Source: Haplodiscus bocki (taxonomy: Eukaryota). Taken from it: a stretch of DNA of 64,000 nt. The DNA is taken from contig OZ296650.1 of the NCBI GenBank assembly GCA_965655095.1, positions 112,158,001 through 112,222,000 of the forward strand. Reading direction: 5' to 3'. A program made the translations under genes and the position numbers. Below, piece by piece: positions 52,391 to 64,000 of this stretch (positions are counted from its first letter, which is position 1; each line of letters opens with the position of its first letter). The notes under the pieces were generated by a model. The model saw nothing but the letters and a program-made list of their open reading frames with translations, was not told the DNA's origin and ran no database searches.

Positions 52391-53296
52391 TTTTTTTTAG
52401 CTTTTCGTGAGCTAAATTCTCATTTCTTTCACTTCATTTGAAGCTCAATATGTTTGCTCAGCATTTCTTTTTTCCATGTGCAAATGCATATCGACAAATT
52501 GACACCAAAGTGACCAAGGTTGCAATCGATCTCATGTCTCAATTGAAACTCTTAAATCCAACTTTTTTGATACAAAAGAGTCTTATCTCATCGAAAACTA
52601 AATGAGGTGCAACCTATGATTCTGAATGTTACAGCAAAAAATACCGCTCCATTGCCGTCTTAGGCATAAGACGAGTTCTGGAACAATTAGAATTCAAATC
52701 TATTGAAGTTTGTTCCTGTCCGAGTAATTTCATCACGAAGTTTTTTTACTGACATTTCTAATTCTTTTTGAACTCAGCAAGAGCCGTCGAGACGGACTGG
52801 TTGAGTGAGGCTGAGTGCTAATATGTAGCACAGTTTTTGTTTACTTTTCAATGCTTTTTTTTAAGTTTTTGCTTTCCCTAATGGAGCGCATTTCTCTCGC
52901 TTATTACACTTTGATTGCTGGTATGTGTAGTTGTTAATTCAATTGTCTCATTACAAGTATGCTTAAACATTAAATAATTAGTTAATTAAAGCTAACCTGT
53001 TGAATTGATGAGGCGGGTAACAAAAATATTGGAATGAAAAAGCTGATGGAAAAAATGAACTGTTGAGATGGCCCAAATTTATTTTACAAAAAATTCTAAC
53101 AAGTGCTTTTTTTCTATTGGCTCCAGCTGCTTGATGCAAACTGATTTCCCATTGGTCGCTTGATCTGGCAGCTGCTATTATTTTGGAGTCGATCTGTGAA
53201 ACCGACTTGATCATAACTTTCCTTCCAACTGAACAAACGGGACTCCTCACTCTTCTTCTTACTTGCTATACTCTTCTCTTCTTCTCCCTTTTACTT

Positions 53297-53492
53297 GGAC
53301 AAATTATTCTAAGTCCAACTCCCTTTCTCCCTCTTACTTTTTTTGGGCAAATTTATTCTAAGTCCACCTCCTCTTCTTTATTCTCTTCGAACAAAATTAT
53401 TCTAATTCGAAATTCCCTCTTCTCTTTGCGCTTCCTGGACGAAACAATTCTAACTCGAACTCCAAATCCACTGAAATATTCTAAATCCCACT
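53297..53492. repeat. Pyrimidine-rich degenerate tandem repeat, about 4-5 x 46 bp
   Basis: Core ggacaaattattctaagtccaactcc recurs at about 53297, 53345, 53389, 53437 and 53473. Confidence 0.7.
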
Positions 53493-56400
53493 TTCTTCCT
53501 GACTTATGAAAACTCCCTCTTTTTGCTTACCTATTCGATACTCTTGCCTCTAGAGTCTAAAGAGTGTCCACTAACGCCAGCTTCGGTATTGGCGTGTGCG
53601 GATTCCGTGGACGAACTTCGGTTCTGAAGCAAGAGTGAATCTTAAACTGCACAAACCTCACGAGGTTTCTCGAAAGAAATATAACTGGCATTAAATAATA
53701 GACCAAGTCTCACCTCGTCTGTTGCCGTGGTAATTTAGAAGTCATTCTAAATTCCTAGATACGGATTAAATATGCAGAAACCGTCCCTTTTCATGGCAAA
53801 CACTCTAAAACAGTTTCATTTCTGCTTCTAATATAAAATTCCCCAATTGATTCTATAGCAAGTCAGACTTATAACACGAGAGTCCCAGAACAACACGCCG
53901 ATCACACGACTCCATCAACACTACCCGTTACTCAAGAAATTTTCCAGTCCAGAATGAGAATATACCTCTGGTCAATTCTAATATTTTTCTTATGATACCT
54001 TCCAAAAAAATCCGCTAGACAATAGTCTCGGTTGGAGAAAGAGGGACTAAGAGAAACTCACCAGGTTGCCGCTAGAAGTGAGCTTTGACCTGAGTGTTAG
54101 ATAAAACTTAAAAAATCTCAAACCCCACAAATAAATCCGCAGATTCATTCACGGTTTGGGAATTTGGGAAAAATAGGATTTTTCCAACCAGTAGACGGCG
54201 AATTGCCAGTTACTGAGTGTAGACAGGAGAACAATTTGTATATTACATACGACGAAAAAGTAAATTCTAGGATCCCAAAGAAAAGACAAAAAAAGGAAAA
54301 AGCAGTGGTAGAAACAGCGAATGATCTATTATTCACCTTAGCCGAAAACCCCAGAAACATTCATTCTCAAACTAATTTTTTTCTTTAGTTTCTTTCAGAT
54401 TGTTCTGAAAATTTAGTTCATTTTTTAATTTGTGATTTTGGACAAAACTGCAGAAACATGATTCAACAATTTTGTGGGTATTCGATTCTTGAGAAATGGT
54501 ATTATAAATCTTTATTAAATCTTGTGATAGTCTTTTTTTTTCAATGCCGTCTCGTTTTTTCTCAGATTATTTGTTGAAGATTCTTGCTAACTGAGATGAT
54601 CATTACTTTCGAAGTTAAATGCTGGAGCTGATTTATTTTTTTAAAATAAAAGGGACAGAATCTTTTCGGGAAAAATTTTCTAATGAAGGAATTTATTCAC
54701 ACGGAAACTGCACTTTGATTTTGTTTGATCCCACTGCCGCTATTTCCTCCCCTACCGCTATCGTGACTCAGTACCACTACAAGTCTATTTGCAATTCGAT
54801 TTCGTTGAACGCATTTTGTTACCCTCTGTAATCTGAAATATTGATTATTTGATTCTCTATTTTCTTTTCATCGCTCGTAAAGTTCTTGCTATTGAATCTA
54901 CGCAATCTTTGTTCACGGGGCCAGCAAAGCAACGAAAGTAAGACCCTTAATGCAGTGTTAGTGAGGCCTCGTTCTAAGTTAAACTGAAATTGTCAATTTA
55001 ATATCCGCTGTCACAAAATATTGACCAGACATCGGAGCTAAAAATAGTCTCACTTCCGCATTGGTTTTCTCAGCTTTGTCTCGAATCTCTGTTTCACGTT
55101 GGTGCTCTGCGCCTAAGAAAAACTCAATTAAATGATAATATGAGTTCTTCTATCTAATTCCACCTTGTCTATCATGAGATTATCTGAATGTTCCTGAACA
55201 AAATGTCTGACTTACGCCTAGCTTAGTCTCATACCCTAGCTACAGACTTTCCACTCTTGGTATGGTGTTTTATTAATATAGGATTTAATTCTATTTTGTT
55301 TTCAAAAGTTCAGTTTCACATGAAAAAGTACTTCGAACTTTACCTACTGTATTGACAACAACAACAAGGCTTATTTCGAAATCTTATGAGGTTTCATAGG
55401 CTTGACTCCTACATTGATGATGCTTTGGTCCAAAGTCACAGCACTTCGTTTTCAGTCCTCATCAAACAATGTCGAGGGCGTTCAGGTTGGATGCTGCATA
55501 CAGATTCAACTAAAGCAAAAGAGGGTTGACTGAATTTTCCAGTTTTCTCAAAGCGTCCAAGTTCATAGACACGTAGCAAATCTGGATGTGTTCCTAATTA
55601 TTTTGTCATCCTACGGTATGAATGCAATTTTTGTTGTTAAACTGACACGAAAAGTAGGCACTCAGGTAAATGCTCATGAAAAGATACAGACCAAATGTAC
55701 TTCTTGGGATCGCCACTGACTAGCTTTTCAGACTTGAGAATAAACAGTGCATCTTTTAGTCGTAGAGAAAATTTCCAGGTATTAAGTCACGGGAGACGCG
55801 ATCATTCATTTTCATATGCAGCATGTGTCCAACTTTGAAGAACAACACCTATTCTGCTCCAACAAAATGTCAAAATTTCGGGATTTTGATTGCAGGAAGG
55901 TTGACTTGCGTGGGTAACATGAAAGCGGGTGCGACGGTAGCTAGCGTCTGCCAGGAAAATATAACAATATTTGATTGGCCAGTTCTTGTGCCAACCAATC
56001 TTCTTAAAAGGTATGCATTCAAACAAGTTGGGAAAGTTAACAGTTTTTCGGCATGTGATCAATTTGAGTTTTTTTGCTGCAATGAAAGTGTTGCTGCAAC
56101 ACAACTAAATCCTTGATGGGAAACCTTGGCATTAAAATCTTAGCTTGTGACTACTACGGCCTCTGTGTTGATGTCAAGGTCCTGCATAAATGCCATCGCT
56201 CACGTTTGTCCAACAACCGACCCATGGACCTCTTCAATCCTCCTTCTATAGTTTACGTGGACATGAAACCAAACAACGCTCAAACTCTCGTTTTCTTTAG
56301 ACAATGTTCCACCTGGCATTAATGAGGTAAATTTACTTCCATGGAGATAATAGCGACGTTTTTCAGGTGAAAAATTTTTGTACAAATCCTTGTTCCCACA

Positions 56401-57068
56401 AACAGCTAACCTGGCGCGACTAGTTTGTTATTATTTACAAACTTACTTACTTTAGTTGGGGCTGTTATTGCTCCATAGCAGCTTGTTGGGCTATTTGCTC
56501 GGGTCGATGTTAGAACGATGCGTCGGTCAGTTCTGCATAGGATTTGGATTTTTCGGAAATGATAGATCCAGATGTGTATTGGTGTCACAATTAGTGCAGA
56601 AATAATCTGCTGATGAGCGTTTGTCCGTAGTCAAAGTGTCACTTAAAACGACCTCACTGAATGCGTTGAAATGCTCGATCGGAGTTTGAAGACTTGGCTG
56701 CCCAAACCTCTGGTGTAATCTACAATCTGTTGGCATAAACAGCGTTTTTTTGGGCTAAGCTAGGCAGTTGTACTTCTGTCACATTTGGGAACCTAATAAG
56801 TTCCTCAAATTTGGGGGTGGCTGTTGTAGTTGTTGTAAATGTTGGTTGAATACTCATATTTGCCAAGAGCGCTAGGAAAAAACTGCTTTTGTTGGTTCGT
56901 TTGATCTTATGATAATCCTTCATTTGGAAGTTGTTTTTGGCAATAAGTTGAATCTTCGACACTGTTGCGTTTCCGAATAATTTTCCTCGGTTTGCCTTGC
57001 CAGTTGTACTCTATTCATCTCCTGGCTTCTGACTTAAGCTTTAATGTTTGGATTACTTCGTATATAAT

Positions 57069-57574
57069 AGTACTATTTAACCGCAGGCGTCATATAATTT
57101 CCTCAGGCGTCATAATTAGTCAGCGCCATAATAATTATCCGCGCGGGCGCGCCTGCAAGAAAAAATCAATTCAAAAAATTTTCTTTCGAAGTAGTCTCAC
57201 AGTGCCGAAAATGAGTCCCTAAACCCGACTCCGTATCTTTATACATTGACTCGGCTCCCTATCCTAAAACATTCCGAAGTATCTTAATACATTGCCAAAG
57301 TATACCTTATGTTAATAGATTACCGAACTATAGCCTATCTTATTACATTGCCGTCGGATTTCGCGAGTCGCCAGTCAATCGGAATCGAGCACAAAAAGCC
57401 CATTAACTTCCTCAGCCAATCAAAATCGAGTATTACGTCACCCAGAATCACCCGAGAGCTCTCGGTTACGGTGGAAGATCCCTCTCGGCTCTCGGTTCCA
57501 CTTGGCTCGCTATAGCTTATTTTGATACATAAGGTCTTCCACCCCCTGCCTGATCAACTCACTATTCTACTACT
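57069..57574. mobile_element. Possible Polinton/Maverick-type terminal remnant
   Basis: The right end reads AGTAGTAGAATAGTGAG on the minus strand; the left end AGTACTA is followed by short ggcgtcata repeats. No TSD and no ORF. Confidence 0.3.
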
Positions 57575-57750
57575 GATTCTCTGGCAAATTCTGAATTACC
57601 CTAACTCAGTTCCTCTTTGGACTAGAAATTCATTAAGAAATTAGTATTCCCGTGATCAATGGAAATTTCGTGAACAAAAGTTTTCAAAAGACTCATTGAT
57701 TTTTTAGTCCATGTTGTTTCGATTTTTTTTATCACATTGTTAAGTTGAAT

Positions 57751-58622
57751 GGTGATGCGACAATTCGGACCAATTACCAAATTCGGCTCAAAATTTTGAT
57801 TACATCTTATCAGTGATAATTAGCAGCGTTTAAAAATTCTTGAAGAATTGTAGATCACCATAGTAATTATCGCCAATTAGAAGTGGAAGTGAATGTGAAC
57901 CAAAATATTACACAGGCGATTTGATCTTCTCACTTTTGAAATTTTGACCATTAGCAATGCCCTGCAATCTACCTCAATATTTTCCGTTTTCTAATTTTTT
58001 CAGACAAGAAAACAAGGCGCCCGGCTACACGCGGATATTTTAATCGTTCTAAGTTTGTTAGAGTGTGTTAGAAGAATGGATTGTGTAGAATTTTTTTTAC
58101 TTTTTTCCACATAGAAAAAAAATCAAAAGAAAGGAAATTCCAATTTGCGAGAATCGTGTAGTTGGCAAGTTTATGTTGAAAAAGCAATTAAATTGTGGGC
58201 GGAAAATACTAATCCCCAACATCGTCATACCCCCTTTGCAAGTTCGAAAAGAATTTTTTTCAGAAAAACTTCATGTAACACGAAAACCCCCCATGGATGT
58301 TTTGAGACACGGCCGACTTTGGAAGTTCTCAATTTGTTGCTTCAGAAGTTATTCTGGAGCTGTAGTTTTTGCAATTTTCACTGGAATATCTACCGCCCCA
58401 AGTGAACAAAGTTAATACCGCCCGGTTAATTTATATCGGAAGAGGTAGCAAAATCGGTATACTTACAGAAAATAACTCGGGTCAAGTTTATTTTTTAATT
58501 AAGCAATTAGGCTAATCAGCGAATTAATTTGGGCCGAATTTCAATATTCGGTCGGAATTTTTCTTCGGTCCGAATCTGCTTTTCGATCCGAATTGGCTGT
58601 TGGTCTGAGCTGTCGTAGCGCC
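57751..58622. mobile_element. Old foldback element with AATTCGGACC subrepeats
   Basis: Left ggtgatgcgacaattcggacc versus reverse complement of the right end ggcgctacgacagctcagacc; ccgaat repeats at 58530-58595. TSD not preserved. Confidence 0.55.
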
Positions 58623-61600
58623 TCTGATACTGACTGCTCTGATATTGAATTTTCTTCTGCTGATGACACGGTTGAGCATTTTTGAGGACGTTCAGTTCGC
58701 AAAATCATCCTGATTCAGCAATCCCAAAGTTTTTTGAAGTTGCTCCAATTCTGTCATCCAATATGAGGATGTGGTGGCGGCTGCTGTAGCTGCAATGATT
58801 TTCTTGCTCAAGTGTGTTCGGGAAAAAAATTCCAGTCGATATTGACCGTTCGGTGGGACTTCCAGGCATCAACATCACACTCGTTTGCCTTTTCTTTCAG
58901 TGACATATTTGTTATTGAAGGTGATGATTTTTGTTGATCTTGACAAGTTTTCCGAAAAGGTGACATTTTAGGCCCCACTAAAAGAAACATATTTTTTCTT
59001 CATGGTTAGGACGTAGTCAACTTTTCTGGCAAAACTGAGGCTATTCTAGAGGTTGAGGTCCATTTTCTGGCATTTTGGCATTCTTCTGGATGGTCAACCT
59101 TTTCACTAATTGAGATGTCCGAAAAACAGTTTTTGACTTCGGAAAAATGCAAAATCAGGTCCTAGAGGTCCAAAAGTGATTGTTGAGTTATCATTGTTGA
59201 GAAACTCGGAGGTTTTTAAGCACTTTTACTAAAGTCTGTTGAAACAAAATTCGCAAGCCTAGTCAAATTTCAGTGCTTTACAACTAATAAAAATTTGATT
59301 CTTGTGTCAACTTCAAAGTGGCCACAAATGGGTTGTGCTGCATGTGTGGCCCTGTTAAATTGTAAGAAACTCCCGTTAGCTGCTACTGGCATGGAAATCG
59401 AAACCTGAGGCCTTATTGACAATCAGAAGCATCTTATGTCAGGTGGAAAATGTGTTCCAAAAGCTTTCTTTCCTTAAGTCTGTTGTGGGTCAATGAGGCC
59501 AGGAACAAAACTAAAGGAGTTGAGCCAATCAGAACATTTTGCGTGGCGTTGAGATTGAAATTTTGGTGAATTGGGCAGTTTTTTAACGATTTGGGTCCAA
59601 AAGTTTCACCAGTCCGAATGGGTTAAAAAATAGTACTCTAGCGCGTTATGCTAGGTTAGACTAATTCGACATTTTGAGGTCTTGAGGTTTACAGGCAACG
59701 TTTGGAACTCCTGCGAAAAGGATAACAAGCTCAATCGAATTGAGGCATTCCACCTAAACATTTTGGGCTGTAACTCGGTTTAATCCGTTCCAGGGGCCCA
59801 ACCTAGTCGCAATCAACGCTCTATTTTTTAAGAGTTTAATTTCTGAAGTTGGCAGGATCCCCCAGGGCGTGGAATTCTTAGGCATCTCCGTCAGCAAGCT
59901 TCTGGGTTTCTTCCGTAAATGAAGAGTCCAAACGCAGATGATATCGTGAAAACTGGTTAAAAACTCGATAACCATGAAAAAATGAATTAGAGTTCACAGG
60001 GTTCCTACTGGTGAGGAATCCACACTAAAGAACAGGCTGCTGATCTGAAGTTCAACTTCGGGTTTGAGAAATTGCGCTCTCACTGGGCTTTATAACAGGT
60101 GTTTTTAGGCATTTTTGCAGCAATTTCTCGGCAGTGGCCTGAATGCGCTGAGACTTGTTCCATCGTATTTCTATTCTGTAGCAAGCTAAACCCAGGTGGA
60201 CTAGCGACGCCCAACGCGATTCTACACTTGATTACCCGATTTCTTCAAAATACAGGTTCCTAAGTTGCATGAATTTCGGCAAGTTTCTCCCAATTTATAT
60301 CCGATTTGTCTTAAATTCGGTGCTTTAGGTCAAACAATAGGGCTAGATTTGAATCATTGATGACATATGTGAACTTGCGCATTCGAACATGCTGGGGTCT
60401 GAAACTCTACACAACTATCCTGCTTTCAAAAATACACAGTTTTTAAGCGCTTCTCGCACACTTTACTAGGGGAATCACCCTATCGGGCTCAAAGTGTCCA
60501 TAGAGCTTTTTCTCGGTCCACTGATTTCTCGGTCTGTAAAGAGGCAATAAAAATATTTTCTTTTTCAACTTCCTCTTTTTTGTTTTAATCTTGTTTTTCG
60601 TTGCTACAGCACTTGCTCAGGAACAGACGGGGAGCTCATGAGTGGGGCCACTCTTAGAGGTAAACAGAACAAAAAAATACAAAGGAGGAAGGTCCAAGGT
60701 CCCGGTCTTGATCCCACATGGAAAATCAGGACTGAAAATAGTCGAAGTCGGAAAATTCAAATTGTAAGCTGAAAAATCACAGAATTGAATTTGCGGCAGT
60801 TTTTTCTCTATTATGCACGTATTGAAATAGTGGACTCTCCAGGGGATGTTTTGCACGGTTTCCGACATGCTTTTTCGACTTCTCCTTTAGTCCGTTTCCT
60901 TCTGACTCTTTCCTCCAATTCTTTCTAGTTGAGTTGTTACTTACACACTCTTCCTATTCTCTGCTACCGTTCCAAACTTTCTCAGCATACTCGCCATTTG
61001 CTGGGAATAAAACTTGGTCGTACGGATTGCTGAAAGGTTTCCACTTAGTCTACTAGGCTCAAACTAACAAAGATATCTCTTACCTTCCTACACATGTGAC
61101 AGAAAATGAATTTGTTCTTTGTCACAATGAAGGAAAGGAACGCAATTCAGACTTCCTTTTGAGTTGTTCTTTGATCGCTGCTCTTAAACATCAGCAAAGA
61201 GAACTAAGAAGCTAAAGTACTGTTGTTTTGGGTTCCTGGTGGTTAAAATGAATCACTAGAAAAGCTTTCATTAAAGCAGAACTGGCTGGAAACTGTATTA
61301 AAGTTCGAAAACCTTGTGTTGTTGGGATGAATTCCAAATGCTGGGTCTGACCAACTTGAAAACAATGGATAAAAATCTCCGGATGAGCTCAGGTTTATAA
61401 TTATTCATATAGCGATAAAATCTATAAAATTCAGTCGGAATAATGAAAATGACAGACAAACTGGTCAACCGCCAGAGAGAGAATAGGTTCTGAACTGGCA
61501 GAATATGTCAATTTTGGGGGTCTTAAGGCGCTGTAAACATAAATATTAACGGGTCAAAGCTCTTTGGAACCAGGTTCTCACATTCTTCCAATGAAATGTT

Positions 61601-61740
61601 CAATTTTTTCTAATTTTTGTTATTCCAGGACTCTGCACCACTCCAGATCCCTCGGTTATCATTCGATAAAGAAATCATATGAAACAGAGCTCCAGGAAAA
61701 GAGAATCACTGTGATTGGGGACTTAAAGCGCCTTGTACAG

Positions 61741-62933
61741 GGGCAGGACAAAACAGCCGATTTTGAATGAGACAAAACCGCCGATTTCGAAAATGAGACA
61801 AAACCGCCGATTTCGAAAATGAGACAAAACCGCCGATTTCGAAAATGAGACAAAATCGCCGATTTTAAAGTGGGACAAAACCGCCGATTTTAAAGTGGGA
61901 CAAAACCGCCGATTTTAAAGTGGGACAAGACGGCCGATTTTGTACAAGAACAAATTGCCATCAAAATTGTTTCTCTGATAAAAACGTCTTGGCCTAATTA
62001 TCGATAATTAGCAATTATATTACCAATTACTATTAGAAACTGAGATACCACTAACTAAATGCAATTTCCTACTTTTTGCGGCTGTTAAAAACGCCTTTCC
62101 CAAAAAATTAAGAAATGGTCTTTTCGGATATTTTCGGTTCATGCAATTGAGTATCAAGAAAAATCAGAAAATTATATGACGCAAAAATTAAAATTGGTTG
62201 TTTTTCTAGTGTTTTTCAGTTTCATTGGCATTTCCTTAGGTGGGTGGCAGGACAAAATACTCAAACTCAAAATACCCGAGCCCAAAATACCCAAGCCCAA
62301 AATACCCAAAGTCCCAAACTACCCAAGGCTAAAATACCCAAGTATTGAAGTATTTTGGGTACTTTTGATGTTCAGACGCTTTTAGTTATTTAATTGGTAT
62401 CGTTGTTTCAATCTTGGGTATTTTGGCCTTGAGTATTTTGGCCTTGGGTATTTCGGGCTTGGGTATTTTGGGTTTGGGTATTTTGGGGTGGAACCCCTTA
62501 GGTGACAAAAAATTTAATTTACAGATGTTAGGATTATCAATATTCATAATTTTCTGTTCCTGGCCGTCCAGATTTCTAACGTTCGCTTCTTACAAAAATT
62601 CAAATTTTGGTCAAAATTTTTTCAACTTTGGGTATTTTGGGTTTGGTTATTTTGGGCTTGATAGTTAGGTTATTTTGGGTTTGATAGTTAAAACCATTTC
62701 ATTAGTATAATGGTAATTTAATTGCTAATTATCCGTAATTAGGCTAAGACGCTTTTATCTTGACCAACTTTTATCTTTGCAAAGACTAGCGATCTGTATT
62801 ATAACAAATCGGCGGTTTTGTCCCACATTCAAATCGGCGGTTTTGTCTCATTATCAAAATCGGCGATTTTGTCCCGTTTTCAAAATCGGCTGTTTTGTCT
62901 CACTCTAAAATCGGCGGTTTTGTCTCGCATCCC
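61741..62933. mobile_element. Mutator-like foldback element with 9-bp TSD
   Basis: 8 left units GACAAAACCGCCGATTT and 5 inverted right units; inner arms also complementary (about 61977-62040 versus 62697-62759); TSD cttgtacag at 61732-61740 and 62934-62942. Confidence 0.9.
62243..62495. mobile_element. Nested foldback MITE with AAAATACCCAA arrays and 9-bp TSD
   Basis: Inverted arrays aaaatacccaa / ttgggtatttt, ends GGT...ACC, TSD ccttaggtg at 62234-62242 and 62496-62504. Confidence 0.9.
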
Positions 62934-64000
62934 CTTGTACAGAATCACGGAGTGTGGTCCTCGTCCACAGAACCATGTTACTTCATCTCCTCGATTTCGG
63001 TGTGTGGTACCTGGGGGGGGGGGGGGGCGGGGAATCGATTGCAGATTACTTTGATCCAGTGTTCTAAGCAAAGCCTACGAACCCAGAATGATACAGCTTC
63101 AGTTAAAACTTCTCTACTGCTGTGGTGGTAGTAGGACTTACGCCTTTTCTAGGGAAGGTGATAACTAAATCAAAATCTTTCGTTTGTCTTCTAGAAGCAG
63201 AGGCCATCTACGGAGTTACTGTTACAGAGTCTCAGATTAGTAAAAATTTTGTTTTTTAAATGTGAAGAAATGGAAGTCTGAAAGTGATTTTCTCTTACTA
63301 CTATGAATAACCGTTTTTTTTGAAATTGAGGGTGAAGAAATATGAATATGATTTGCGACCTGAATGTTTTAACATACCACACAATATAGGCTCCCTTGGT
63401 TTCCGTTCGTGTGACCTAAGTTTCGTACTAGGATGACGCATCAACTAGCTGAGGCCGCTATTAGACGACTGTTCATTTATACAAAAACATTTATGATGGA
63501 TGACGCTTCAATCATGGTTTTATTCTAAGGTTGTTAGAATTCTTCAAATGTTCACTTAAAAAAATTGCTGCATCATGTTTTGAATTTCCGCCTTTGTTTT
63601 TCAGAAAAGCCGTTCCTAAGATTGTCAGAATTTTATGGTGGCAAGAAAAGAAAAACAGGTGATACTAAAACTATAGGAACTCAGAGTAGTGAAAAAAAGC
63701 TCGCTTTTGATGACATACTGGAGCCCTAGAATTAAAAAAAGTATTTGGGTTGATGCGGGAGGGGTATTTCCAAAAGCACACCAAAATTTACCAAAGTTGT
63801 GCTATTCATTGGTTCATAACTCATCTCTAGCTTTAATGCCGATTAACAAGTCATGAAACGGAAAGTCCCATAAAGGCCTACAATAGCTAAGTTCGCTCAC
63901 TTGACCTATTTAGAAAGTTATTGAAATGAGTCCTCTTTTTCAAGAGAAGCAACAAAGGTTATACTATCGCCTTAGTTTGAATCTCTGACAAACAAGAGCC

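Noticed and set aside
56120-56190. Minus-strand VVVTS*DFNAK resembling the LINE endonuclease GDFNA motif
   Set aside because: No other APE motifs or reverse transcriptase nearby; a single short match is insufficient.
61747-61940. Regular 24-26 bp repeats resembling a CRISPR array
   Set aside because: Intervening bases are only 7-9 nt and repeated, not unique spacers; the array is mirrored at 62806-62925 as a TIR; no cas genes; eukaryotic context.
62414-62490. TTGGGT-rich repeats resembling telomeric sequence
   Set aside because: The unit is about 14 bp, is not TTAGGG, and is the inverted arm of a TSD-flanked element.
62176-62668. ORFs with PKIPKPKIP and LGILGLGIL repeats
   Set aside because: These are translation artefacts of the MITE subterminal arrays.
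63846-64000. AACAAG...TTCGCTCAC HINE-like start, and aacaagagcc at the window edge
   Set aside because: Too short and truncated by the window to support a feature call.

Overview
This is an AT-rich (roughly one-third GC by eye), repeat-dense eukaryotic window, apparently from an invertebrate and intergenic or intronic. I found no intact protein-coding gene; nearly all ORFs in the supplied track are chance frames or transposon fragments. Supported content: (i) decayed Ty3/Gypsy LTR retrotransposon pieces (integrase+PPT+LTR at 1-2060; LTR+PBS+gag with two zinc knuckles at 47449-49200; two diverged minus-strand copies of a further LTR family with an extra unknown ORF; two probable solo LTRs); (ii) a Tigger/pogo transposase remnant with an internal deletion, and a hAT-like C-terminal fragment; (iii) several unrelated foldback MITEs with about 9-bp target-site duplications (Mutator-like), including a nested pair at 61.7-62.9 kb; (iv) three copies of a TA-flanked Tc1/mariner MITE; (v) AACAAG-ended, Helentron/HINE-like repeats, one with a tRNA-like segment and a 120-bp tandem array; (vi) a recurring CATG-rich, CCC(N)GG-ended repeat family. 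The most speculative but interesting observation is that four CATG-rich blocks each sit upstream of a decayed minus-strand ORF resembling a vertnin/OTU-like domain. All protein-family calls come from manual translation and motif recognition, not database searches.
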